NCBI GenBank assembly: GCA_965223845.1
Contig: CBDCXR010000004.1
Coordinates: 1,536,001-1,600,000, forward strand
Reading direction: 5' to 3'
DNA from: Planctomycetota bacterium
Lineage (GTDB): Bacteria; Planctomycetota; UBA8108; SXIK01
Length of the DNA: 64,000 bases
Shown here: positions 46,561 through 56,300 of the stretch, piece after piece
How positions within the stretch are numbered: position 1 is the first letter of the stretch
Layout: each line of letters starts with the position of its first letter
Notes under the pieces: generated by a model
Seen by the model: only the letters and a program-made list of their open reading frames with translations
Databases searched by the model: none
Told to the model about the DNA's origin: nothing
Translations under genes and position numbers: made by a program

Positions 46561-46994
46561 TCGCCGTGACGCGTCGATTCGGAGGTTTCACCGGGTCACA
46601 GGGCTTCTCGCTTCTCGAAGTGCTGATCGCCATGTTCGTGCTCTCGGTCGGAGCGGCGAGTGTGATCTCGCTCTTCGCCGCCGGCTCGTCGACGCACCGC
46701 CGCTCCGTCGATCGTACGCGCGCGGCACTCGTCGCGGAGCAGGTCATCGCCGAGGCTGCGATCGCCTATGTCCCGGGCCGCACGGCGGCCGAGATTCCGG
46801 GAGTCGTTCAAGGCCGGCTCCCCGCCGTGATCGACGGCTACCGATTCGACCTGACGGTAGCGCATCCCCAGGGAAAAGAGTGGCAGCCGTCCGAGCTCGT
46901 CGTCCACGTCGCCGTGCGCTGGCAGGAGAGTGGTCAAGCGCGAGCCGAGACGTTCACGACGATCCTCCTTCCGCGCGCGCCGGCGATTCGCTGA
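46557..46994 (+). CDS. GspI/PilV-like minor pilin
   Basis: G|FSLLEVLIAMFVLSVG, A.LVAEQVIAE, V.V.VRW; ATG overlaps the upstream stop. Confidence 0.85.
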   Translation: MIAVTRRFGGFTGSQGFSLLEVLIAMFVLSVGAASVISLFAAGSSTHRRSVDRTRAALVAEQVIAEAAIAYVPGRTAAEIPGVVQGRLPAVIDGYRFDLTVAHPQGKEWQPSELVVHVAVRWQESGQARAETFTTILLPRAPAIR

Positions 46995-47003
46995 GGGGAT
47001 CGA

Positions 47004-48158
47004 CTATCTCGTTCGAGCCTCGGGCATGGGGCCGGCGCGCGCCAGCACCATCTCGAGCCCCGCCTTGGGATCGCCTCCCCTCTTCATCCCGCGATCTGCG
47101 TCGTAGAGCGCTTCCAGAATCTGCGCGATTCGAGCGCCGGGAGTCGCGCGCAACTGACGCTCGAATCGCCCGAGAAACGGACGCTGGACGAGACCCTCCC
47201 GGAGCCAGTCGTCGGAGCTCGCACCGCGACGGTGCATCTCCTGCGCCCGGCGGAGGCCGCGGAGTCGGGGGACGATCGCTCCGATGAAGAGCTGCGCGAC
47301 TCCCATGGGATCCGTGGACTTCGCGCCGCGCGGACCGGACGAGTAACCGTGGGTGAACAGCCGCTCGGCTTCGGCGAGCGCCTCGCTTCTTCGTCCCTCG
47401 AGAAAGAGATCGATGAGGTGGAACACCGAGCTGTCGTGCGCGTCGGCGGTGATCGCGAGAATGTCCGCTTCCTTCACTTCTGGATCGCCCCGCGCCGTGG
47501 TCAGGGTAACGAACTTTTCGAGCTCTTCGTCGAGAACCGAGAGATCCGTGCCCGCTCGCTCGTGGAGCACGAACGCCGTTCGGAGGTCGAGCTCGAGGCC
47601 CCTCGACCGCGCTTCGGCAACGATCCAACGCGACAGCTCGCTGTCCCACGCTGGCGTCCGAGAGTCCCACGGCGGCGGCCGGTCGTAGGGCTGCGCGCAG
47701 TCGACGATCCAGCCGAAACGACCGATCGCCTTCGTGATCTTTCGCCTGCCGTCGAGCTTTCCCGCGACGAGGGCGACAAGATACCCGCCCGAGAAACCGG
47801 TCTCGAGGAAGGGCGAGAGGAGATCGCCGTGGGCGGAGAGAAACGCGCCGGCGTCTTCGAGAACGACGACACGGTAGGGCGAAAAAAAGGACGGCGTGCG
47901 CAGCTCGTCGAGGACCTGCGCCGGGGGAAGCGTCGAGAGCTCTCGGTCGTTCGCCGGCCCGCGAAACTGCGAGACGACCCGCTCGCTCGCATCGCCGAAT
48001 ACGGTCTCGGTGAATCGCGCGACCACTCTCTTCTTGAGAAACGCGCAGCCACCCGTTAGAGCGACCACCGGCGGGAGAGGGTTCCAGCGCTTCTTCGCCA
48101 TCAGCGCGGTGTACGCGATGCCAGCCGACTGCGCGCGGGAGGACGAGCGCTTCGCCAT
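47004..48158 (-). CDS. holA: DNA polymerase III delta subunit
   Basis: P.V.L.G...FL, L.TPSFFS.YRVVVL, GKLDGRRK, GTDL..L..ELEK, SVF.LID, L..AD..MK.G. Confidence 0.78.
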   Translation of the reverse strand: MAKRSSSRAQSAGIAYTALMAKKRWNPLPPVVALTGGCAFLKKRVVARFTETVFGDASERVVSQFRGPANDRELSTLPPAQVLDELRTPSFFSPYRVVVLEDAGAFLSAHGDLLSPFLETGFSGGYLVALVAGKLDGRRKITKAIGRFGWIVDCAQPYDRPPPWDSRTPAWDSELSRWIVAEARSRGLELDLRTAFVLHERAGTDLSVLDEELEKFVTLTTARGDPEVKEADILAITADAHDSSVFHLIDLFLEGRRSEALAEAERLFTHGYSSGPRGAKSTDPMGVAQLFIGAIVPRLRGLRRAQEMHRRGASSDDWLREGLVQRPFLGRFERQLRATPGARIAQILEALYDADRGMKRGGDPKAGLEMVLARAGPMPEARTR

Positions 48159-48275
48159 CGCCTTACCTCGAAACTGGCCCGGCCTGCCGTGGCCTCGGGC
48201 ACAGCCTCGTTCCTCGAGGTCGTCCCCGGCGACTCTCGCACTCTCGCGCCAGCTGAATCATGACCCGACTCGAGC

Positions 48276-48704
48276 TCACGCCCGGGCGTAGAGTTGATGG
48301 ACGACTTGGATGCACGTCTCGGCGATGAGCGTCAGGCCGAGCGACTCTGCACGCGCGATCGCCGCGGGTGACGACACTCCGAGTTGAAGCCACACCGGGC
48401 CGAGTCCGAGCTCCGCCGCCTCTTCGAGGAGTGCCGGAACAGCTTCGGGGCGGCGGAAGACGAGAACGAGGTCGATCTCGGCACGGACGTCATCCGGAAT
48501 ATCGCTCAGGGAATCGTAGCACGGGGCGTCGAGGACGCGGTCGAGCGACGGATGAACGCCGACGATGCGTTTTCCGGCCGACTGAAGGTAGGCGCTCACC
48601 CGATGGGAGTCACGCTCGGGTCGAGGGGAAATCCCCACGACCGCGATGGTCGTCGCTTCCGCCGCGATCGAACGGATCACCGCCGGATCTTCGATGAGAG
48701 GCAT
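48276..48704 (-). CDS. CoA-binding protein (YccU family)
   Basis: IAVVGISP.PERDS..V..YL, DLV.VFR, VWLQLG, CI. Confidence 0.88.
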   Translation of the reverse strand: MPLIEDPAVIRSIAAEATTIAVVGISPRPERDSHRVSAYLQSAGKRIVGVHPSLDRVLDAPCYDSLSDIPDDVRAEIDLVLVFRRPEAVPALLEEAAELGLGPVWLQLGVSSPAAIARAESLGLTLIAETCIQVVHQLYARA

Positions 48705-49235
48705 CTACTGAATCTCCTCGAGATAGCGCAGGACGAGATGCTCATCGTCGACCGTACGCAGGCGCTCCACCGCGTCGGGTTGGAGGAGGAACTTAGCGAG
48801 GCTCTTGTAGACTCGAAGGTAGGTGCGGTCGTCGTACGGAGGCGCGATCATCGCGAAAAAAAGATGGACGGGTTCGTCGTCGGGAGCGCCGAACGGGAGC
48901 CCTTCGGTCGATCGGGCGAAGGCCATCACGAACGACTTCGCTTGGAGCGTCCGCAGATGAGGGAGGGCGATTCCGCCCCCGAGCGCCGTCGGTGCTTTCT
49001 TCTCGCGATCGTAGAGCTCGCGGGTGAGCTTCCGCGGGTTGGCGACCGCCCCGGTTGCCTCGAACAGCGTCGTGAGCTCCGCGGCGACACTCTCACGGAT
49101 CCGATTGAGGTTCCGTTTGTCGGTCTCGTCGAAGTCGTCCGAATCGCCGTCGTTCGTGTTTCGGTCGCCCGGAATCGCTCGCGTTTCGAGCTCCAAACAT
49201 ACGGATTCCGGTCGCAGGAATCGCCGCAGCTTCAC
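48705..49235 (-). CDS. Stand-alone PTS EIIA (fructose/Ntr-type) domain protein
   Basis: DRE...PTALGGGIALPH, FARS..G..FGAPD..PVHLFF; GTG start inferred; the longer ORF runs antisense over the tRNA. Confidence 0.82.
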   Translation of the reverse strand: MKLRRFLRPESVCLELETRAIPGDRNTNDGDSDDFDETDKRNLNRIRESVAAELTTLFEATGAVANPRKLTRELYDREKKAPTALGGGIALPHLRTLQAKSFVMAFARSTEGLPFGAPDDEPVHLFFAMIAPPYDDRTYLRVYKSLAKFLLQPDAVERLRTVDDEHLVLRYLEEIQ

Positions 49236-49416
49236 GAAAGGATGTCCATCGTCACCAAGACTCTCGAACCGCCCCCCGAAGTGCGGGGACGGGGATCCGA
49301 CGTCCACCGCGGGAGACTCACCCCGGTGCCGGCGTATCCTATCCGACGACCCGGGGCGAAGAAAGAGAACGGGAGTCGGTCGCTGCCGTTCCGGTCGCGG
49401 CCTCGGTGGCCTCGCC

Positions 49417-49445
49417 TTGATCCCCATCGGCGCCGGTGCTATAAG
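49417..49445 (+). promoter_or_regulatory. Sigma70 promoter for the tRNA: TTGATC-N17-TATAAG with extended -10 TG and GC-rich discriminator
   Basis: ttgatc...ggtgc-tataag-ggccgg about 40 nt upstream of the tRNA. Confidence 0.65.
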
Positions 49446-49484
49446 GGCCGGATCCGGTGGAGGCCACGTCTCCGCCGATGCCGA

Positions 49485-49561
49485 GGCCCCGTAGCTCAGC
49501 TGAATAGAGCGTCTGCCTCCGAAGCAGAAGGTCGCAGGTTTGAATCCTGCCGGGGTCACCA
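49485..49561 (+). tRNA. tRNA-Arg (anticodon CCG)
   Basis: Cloverleaf: GGCCCCG/CGGGGTC acceptor, GCTC/GAGC D stem, TCTGC-CTCCGAA-GCAGA anticodon arm, GCAGG-TTTGAAT-CCTGC T arm, encoded CCA. Confidence 0.95.
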
Positions 49562-49567
49562 CCGGAG

Positions 49568-49600
49568 GGACTCGCGGCGTGCGCTCGCGAGTCCGTTTTT
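49568..49600 (+). terminator. Intrinsic terminator after the tRNA
   Basis: ggactcgcg...cgcgagtcc stem followed by gttttt. Confidence 0.75.
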
Positions 49601-49699
49601 GTATTCGCACCGACGCGTCGTGCGCCGAATCGGGGCGGTCGCGACGGCGACGACGGTGGCGGCGGGTCGACGCGCACGGATCCTTCGAGTACGGATCGC

Positions 49700-50587
49700 A
49701 TGATCGACACCTCTTGGAAGGACCGGGACGAGGTCCGCCTCTACTCGGGCTCGCGCCGTCTCGGGGACGCTCTTCTCGCGACGACGGTCGCGCGCGAGAT
49801 CAAGAAACTGCGACCCGACATTCGCGTCGTCGTCGAGAGTCACTGGCCGCAGATTTTCTTCAACAATCGCGACGTCGACGCGACCTTTCCCGCCGGCAAC
49901 AAGGCACAGCGGAGCGCGATCGTTCTCCGCTACGACGATCCTTGGCCGCCGACGGACACGCGCCACGTTCTCGAAATCCTCTGCGCGCGGCTCGGCATCG
50001 AAGACCCGGATCTTTCGCCGTACTACTATCCGTCGCCGGAGGAGCGAGCGAAGGCGCGCCTCATCCGGCCACCGAGCTCGCGTCCTTTGCTCGTCGTCCA
50101 TCCGTTCAGCGGATTCTTCGCCGCACGCTCCAAGCAGTGGGATTTTCGCCACTGGAAGCGATACCTCGAATCGCTACCGCCGGAAATCGAGACCGTGCGC
50201 TTCGGCGAAGTCGAAGATCCCGCGACACCGACCGAGCGTCCGAGCCACCGCGAGATCGTCGGTATGGACGTCCGACTCGCTGCAGCGATTTTGCAGAGTG
50301 CGGACGCGTTCGTCGGTCAGGATTCCGGCCTCGCTCACCTCGCAACCGCGCTCGGAGTCCCGAGCGTCGTTCTCTTCACCGGATACGTGTCGCCCGCGAT
50401 GTTCGGTTACGAGCAGAACGTCAATCTCGTTCCGGAGCTACCGTACGCGCCCTGCTGGGAGAAGGACGGCTGCCCGCCGTGTAAGGCCGAGATCTGCACG
50501 CGAGCGGTCCAGCCGGAAACCGTTCTCGAAAAAACGCTCGGCGTTCTAGAGCGCAGCTTGACGCGGTCGCGGAAGCGGCTGTGGTAG
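49700..50587 (+). CDS. Glycosyltransferase family 9 (heptosyltransferase-like)
   Basis: LGDALLAT, HPFSG...KQW, FVGQDSGLAHLATALGVPSVVLF, PC...C..C...C tail. Confidence 0.85.
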   Translation: MIDTSWKDRDEVRLYSGSRRLGDALLATTVAREIKKLRPDIRVVVESHWPQIFFNNRDVDATFPAGNKAQRSAIVLRYDDPWPPTDTRHVLEILCARLGIEDPDLSPYYYPSPEERAKARLIRPPSSRPLLVVHPFSGFFAARSKQWDFRHWKRYLESLPPEIETVRFGEVEDPATPTERPSHREIVGMDVRLAAAILQSADAFVGQDSGLAHLATALGVPSVVLFTGYVSPAMFGYEQNVNLVPELPYAPCWEKDGCPPCKAEICTRAVQPETVLEKTLGVLERSLTRSRKRLW

Positions 50588-50630
50588 TCGCCGGGCCCCT
50601 CTCGACGCGACGAAACTGAGTTCGTCGGCT

Positions 50631-51416
50631 TCAGCTCGAACTCGGGGAATCGGGAGATTTCGGGTCCGACGGTTCGTCGCCGACACGACGGAAATAGCAG
50701 ACGTGCGTCGCGCGTCGATTGCCGAAGCGACGCTTACCCGTCGAGACACTCGCGTTCCACGGTGGTCGATCCGCGTGCTGATCGACGAGCGGAACGACGA
50801 AGAACTCGACGTTCGGACGCGAGGAGACGCGCCACGGCTCGCCGACGAGCGCGTCGAGCCGCGCGAGGATCGCCCGTCGGCGGAGGAGATTCGCGGCCGG
50901 GTTGATCATCGAGGCGCTGCTCCGGACGTTGCGTCCGCGGGTGAGCGCGACGTCGCAGTGGTTCTCCGTGAGGAGACAGAATCCGGTCGGTGTGTCGCCC
51001 GAAAGCTGGTCGAGCATCCGGCCGAGCTGGAGGGCCGGGAATTGCTGCGCGTCGAAGTCTTCGAGAAAAAGCGCGAGGAGCCTCGCCTTCCCGGTGTCAT
51101 CTCGAAGGTGCTGGTCGAGCGCTGCCTGCTGGGCGGGCGAGAGGTTCGCGTCGACGAGCCAGGATTCGAACAGTTCCGGCGAGCGTTCGAGCTTCGCGAG
51201 TGCGAGCGCGCGTTCGATCGCCGGCGTGGCCAGGACGGCGAAGGAAACCACCGTGAGCAGCGCTCCGCCAAGAGCGGTGCCGAGAATCCAGCGACGCGTG
51301 TGCCGGTGCGCCGCGACGCCGCGGCGATGCTCCTCGGGTTCGACGGACGTCGCACTTCGCGCCCGCGGATCGTCGGCTTGGGTGCGTGGCGGAGGTGCGG
51401 GAGTCACGGGCGGCAC
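50631..51416 (-). CDS. Hypothetical single-pass membrane protein
   Basis: One hydrophobic helix (WILGTALGGALLTVVSFAVLA) followed by a non-low-complexity domain; fills the gap between flanking genes. Confidence 0.55.
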   Translation of the reverse strand: MPPVTPAPPPRTQADDPRARSATSVEPEEHRRGVAAHRHTRRWILGTALGGALLTVVSFAVLATPAIERALALAKLERSPELFESWLVDANLSPAQQAALDQHLRDDTGKARLLALFLEDFDAQQFPALQLGRMLDQLSGDTPTGFCLLTENHCDVALTRGRNVRSSASMINPAANLLRRRAILARLDALVGEPWRVSSRPNVEFFVVPLVDQHADRPPWNASVSTGKRRFGNRRATHVCYFRRVGDEPSDPKSPDSPSSS

Positions 51417-51432
51417 TCGAGTTAGCGATGGG

Positions 51433-53157
51433 TTAGCGGTCTCGGGTTCGACTGCCCGTACCTTCGGCTAGACGAACGCGGCCGGGGAGGGCGAGCGATC
51501 GACGCGACGGCGCGGAGAAGTCTTCGATCCGGCCCGACGGCCATTCGACCGTCACCCGAGTGAGGGGGGGTGCCGATGACGGGCGGCCGAGCCCGAAGCG
51601 CGCGACGAGCTCGGGCTGCGACGCGTAGCTCGATCCGCTGCGAAGAACCCGGGACTGTCGACGATCGCCGGCTTCGATGATAACACGCGCTCCGATCGCC
51701 GCTCGATTGGATGCGCCGGAACTGAGCAGCCCGAACGTGATTCTCGCCGCCGGAGGTGAGCGGTTCTCGATGATCTGCGGCGGCGCGTCCATGTTCGAGA
51801 CGACGATGTCCGGGTCGCCGTCGCCGTCGAGGTCGCCTGTCGCGGCGCCGCGCGACGACGCTTCGAGCGCGAGAGCGGCAACGCCCTCCGAGATCTCCCG
51901 GAACGAGCGTCCTTCGTCCTCGTTGAGGAAAAGCTGGTTTCTTTGACGGTAGCCCGGGCTGCCCCGCATCGCGTCGGCCTGCGGGGCCACGTGGCCGTTC
52001 GCGACGAAGAGGTCCTCGTCACCGTCGCCGTCGAAATCACAGAAGAGAGTTCCCCAGCCGAGGTAGCGGTAGCTCGCCGCGCCGAGTCGGGCCGGGAAGG
52101 TGCCTTCGACGTAATTGGTCCCGGACTCCGCGAGATAGAGCGTGTTCGTGTCATCTTCGAAGTTGGTGACGAAGATGTCCTCTCGGTCAAAGCGCCGCGG
52201 AGTCCCCGCCGCGAGTCCCATGCTTCCCTGCTCGACACCGTAGTCGTTGTACGCGAGCCCGAGAAAGAGTCCGCCGTCACGAAACCGCCTGCCGCGTTCG
52301 TTGACGAAACAGAAGTTCGCCATCGTGTCGTTCGCGACGAGGACGTCGGGCCAGCCGTCCGTGCCGACATCGATGACGAGCGTTCCGAGTCCGAAGGATG
52401 GCGTCACGGCTGAGAATCCCCATCTCTCCGTAACGTCCTCGAACCGGCCCTCGCCGAGATTGCGGTAGACGCGGTCGGGAGCGGGTCGGAGTCCGCCCGG
52501 GCCGCAAAAGATCGCCTCTCCCTTGTACACGCAGCGACCCGAGCGGCGGCTTCGGTCGCTGTCGCGCCCCGGGTGCAGGTCGACGTAGTTCGCCACGTAG
52601 AGATCGACGTAACCGTCGCGGTCGAAGTCGGCGAAGCTCGCACTCGTGCTCATCGCCCGGTCTTCGACTCCGCGGGGGCTCCGATCGAATGTGCCATCGC
52701 CGCGATTGCGATAAAGGACGTTCGGACCCCAGTTCGTCACGTAGAGATCGAGGTGCCCATCGTTGTCGACATCGGCGACGGCCGCCCCGCAGCCCCAACC
52801 GGCGCCGTCGGTCCCGCTCTGTCGGCTGACGTCCGTGAATCGCCAGTCGCCGTCGTTTCGGTAGAGCGCGTTCGTCGGAATCGATCGAGGATCGGACAGC
52901 GGACCGGATTCCGACCAGGAACGCGAGCCGCCGTTCACGAAGTAGATGTCGAGATCCCCGTCGGAATCGAAATCGAAGAGTGCGACACCGCTACCGTTCA
53001 CCTCGAAGATCCAGTCCTTTTCGAGCGAGCCGCACTCGTGGACGAACTGAATGCCCGTTCGATCGGGGGTCACGGTGACGAGCTCGATGTCGCCCGCGAT
53101 CGCGCGCGCTCCGCAACAAGCGACCAGAATGGCGATGGCCGTTGTCGTACTCTTCAC
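51433..53157 (-). CDS. CRTAC1-like FG-GAP repeat protein with ASPIC/UnbV domain
   Basis: Repeated DxDxDGxxDL motifs, LYRNxGDGTF, AIGARV...SYASQ...FGLG...VEWPSG; signal peptide from GTG 53157. Confidence 0.9.
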   Translation of the reverse strand: MKSTTTAIAILVACCGARAIAGDIELVTVTPDRTGIQFVHECGSLEKDWIFEVNGSGVALFDFDSDGDLDIYFVNGGSRSWSESGPLSDPRSIPTNALYRNDGDWRFTDVSRQSGTDGAGWGCGAAVADVDNDGHLDLYVTNWGPNVLYRNRGDGTFDRSPRGVEDRAMSTSASFADFDRDGYVDLYVANYVDLHPGRDSDRSRRSGRCVYKGEAIFCGPGGLRPAPDRVYRNLGEGRFEDVTERWGFSAVTPSFGLGTLVIDVGTDGWPDVLVANDTMANFCFVNERGRRFRDGGLFLGLAYNDYGVEQGSMGLAAGTPRRFDREDIFVTNFEDDTNTLYLAESGTNYVEGTFPARLGAASYRYLGWGTLFCDFDGDGDEDLFVANGHVAPQADAMRGSPGYRQRNQLFLNEDEGRSFREISEGVAALALEASSRGAATGDLDGDGDPDIVVSNMDAPPQIIENRSPPAARITFGLLSSGASNRAAIGARVIIEAGDRRQSRVLRSGSSYASQPELVARFGLGRPSSAPPLTRVTVEWPSGRIEDFSAPSRRSLALPGRVRLAEGTGSRTRDR

Positions 53158-53321
53158 ACGCCGAGTCCTTTCCCGATTCGACCCGGCCGCGCGCCGAGCC
53201 AGAGTTTCTCTTTCGTTCTCGCTCTCATGAGCATTGCTCCGATGCGCGAAACGTGGACCCATTCCGTGCACCGGGGCCACCGAAGGCAGCCATGCTGACC
53301 GAACGTTTTTGTGAAAGCGCG

Positions 53322-56300
53322 CTAGCAGCTCACGTAGCGATCACAACCGAGCGAGCTCTCCGGGTCTTCGTCGGGCCCGCATTCGAGGTGACCGGGTGTC
53401 ACCGGCGGATCGCCGTCTCCGAAGAGGAAGTTGAGCAGATAGATCGGGTCGGCGACGTTGAACGCGCTGTCTCCGTTCACGTCCATCGCCTCCGGGCAAA
53501 CCTGGAGCGGCGCGTCACCAAAGAGATGGTTCAGAGACCCGATCGCATCGGCGATGTTCGCAGATCCCGAGTCGTTCGGATCGCCTCGTCTGAAGCGGAG
53601 CTCGGTCTCTTCCGTCGTGCCGGACACGCGAACGTTCGTGATCGCCCACCAGCCGGCGGCCGGAGCGCTGCGATAGTGAAACGCGAAGGCGACGCCGTCC
53701 TGACCGTCCGCGGCGGGAACGGGAAGGGCGCGCGTGGCAAAGAAGGGCTCCTCCCGGCTGTCGAAAAGGCCACCGCCGGCGTAGGAGAAGAGCGGCCGGT
53801 CGAGGAAGGTCTCGCCGCCGTCGACGCTGAGAAGCACCCTCTCGACCGCGGCTTCGGAGGCGAGCACCTCGGAGTCGAAGTGGAGAGTCACGCCGACGAC
53901 GTCCGAGCAGTCGATCGCCGGAGTGATGAGAAACTCGTCGAAGGGGTTCAGCCCGTCGCACTCGGCGTCGACGAGCGCGAAGCTCTGTCCGATGCGATTG
54001 ATCCCCTGCTCGCTGATCCCTTCCGGAATCTGGCGAAAACAGAGATCTTCTGCGGCCCATCGACCGTCGTCGCCGTCGGCGTGGATCGACAACCACTCGT
54101 CCGGAACGCCGTCCTCGAACGTCTCGTTCGGGAGCACGTCTTCCTCTCCGCCCGGTGGACCGCGCGTCGACACGACGACGTTGTCGATCGCAATCCACCA
54201 GTCATCGTCCGGTTCGAACTGGCGGATGCGAACGAGAAACGGCCCTCCCGGCGCGAAGTCCGAAAGGTCGACGTGGAGGCGACCGAAGTACCCGTCGGTG
54301 TTCTCGTTCGACGGCTCGGGAACGGCTCCGCCGCGGGCGGGGGCTACGCGACGAAACGCGTTCTCCCACGTCTCCCCCGCGTCGGAGGAGACGTCGATAT
54401 CGAACACGACGAAGCCATTGTTGTTGAGCTGCGCCGAGCAGTCGAGCTGAAGCCACACCGAATCGACGCCGGTGGCATCGATCGACGGAGTCCAAAGATC
54501 GTGCGACATTCCGCTCCCGGTCGAGTCCGTGCCGCCCGACCAGTCCGAGTCAGAGATCATGAAGGCTCCTTGGCTCGGAGTGCCGTCGAGCACGGGGGGA
54601 TTTGCGCGTCCACCTGGATTCGTCACGGTCCAGCGGGATCCGGTTTCGTTCGGCTCGTTCACTTCGAGAACACGCCAGCCGGCCGCGGTGACGTCCTCGT
54701 CCGATTCGAAACAGTCGAAGTTCTCCGCGAAGAGAACTCCATCTCCCGGAACGGCGGCGAAGTATTCCAGCGCGGAGGTGCACGACGAGCCGCCGCTGAC
54801 GTCGACCTGATAGACGTATTGACCGCCGCGAGGCGAATCTTCGAAGCTCGAGGCTTCGAGCGGCAGGGTTGCGACGACCTCTCCGCCTCGCCGCACGCGC
54901 ACCGCCTCTCCGGCGAGGTTCGCTCCGGGTTCCCATTCGAGCCGAAGCGCGCCGCCCTGAACGCAGCCGCGAATCTCCGCCGGACAGACGAAAGCGGAGA
55001 CGGGAGGGGCTTCGCAAGTGAAGTCGACGGCTCCCCCGACGATCGTCTCGAGCGAGTAGGTGATCGTACTGCCGGGTGGTGGGGCCGCGTGAGTGAACGA
55101 CCGAACTTCCGCGGCGAGCTCTCCACTCAGATCGACGCCGTCCGCTAGGACGCGATAGGCCGCGTCGCCCGGAAGTCCCCGCCACGTCATCGAGATCGAA
55201 TTCGAGGTCGCGTCGTACGCCTCCACTTCGAACGCTTGAGAAGCGCAGGTTCGAGCATCGATCTCCCCGTCGGCGGAGATCACGACATCGTCGATCGCCA
55301 CCCACCCGGGAGTCGCGGACGGCGCGTACAAGAATCCGATCGAGACGGTCGACTGCCCTTCTGCCCCCTCGAGGCGAAATGCCCGTTCCGCGTAGAACGG
55401 ATCCTCGTCTCCCGCGCCGCCGTAGACGCTCGTGTCGAAGGAAAAAATGGGCTCCTCGAACGTGGCGCCGCCGTCGTAGCTGACGGCGACTTCGTACGTC
55501 GTCGGCGAGTCCGTGCCGCGGATTTCCTCCTTCCAGCTCACATAGACGGCAGTTGCGTTCGTTGCGTCAACGGCGGGAGAGATCAAACGATCATTCACGA
55601 TCGCCGTCGAGCAGGCGGGATCGATCAGAGCGAAGTCACCGTGGATCCGGTGCATGCGGCGGCCGTCGTCGCCGTCGGGGAACGTGCCACCGTTGAACGC
55701 GATGAGGTTCCGCGTGCAAGCGTCGTTCGAAGTCCAGGAGTTGTCTCCCTCGTTGCCCGGCTCCGAGACGATCGTCCAGGTGGAAGGGATGCCTCCCGTG
55801 AACGAGGCACTGAGAAGAGGGACCTCTCCGCCGAGCGGCGGCGGAACGTCGTCGACGAGAACGTTGTCCACCGCGATCCACCACTCGTCGTCCGGCTCGA
55901 ACTGCCGGATGCGAAAGCGGGCGTTTTCCGTATTCGCGGCCACGGACGAAAGGTCGACGTGGAGTCGCCCGTGAAACCCATTGCAGTTCTCGGTGCTCAC
56001 GGTCGGAGCGAACGCGGTCCGTGCCGGCGCCACCCGGCGAAAAAGATTCGTCCAAGTCTCGCCGTCGTCGCTCGAGGCGTCGATGTCAAATACGCCGAGT
56101 CCGTTGTTATTGAGGATGGCCGTGCAGTCGAAGTGGAGCCAGACGACATCGCTTCCGATGGTATCGAAGGGTGGGCTCCATAGGTCGTGCGACATTCCCG
56201 AGCCCTGCTCGTCGGCGCTCCCGGACGCGTCCGAATCGGAGATCATGAACTGCGAGAACTCCCCCGGGATTCCCGAAGCGTCGGGTGGATTCGGGCGAGC

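Noticed and set aside
48705-49610. 301-aa version of the EIIA ORF
   Set aside because: The extension runs antisense across the tRNA and its promoter; homology begins near 49235
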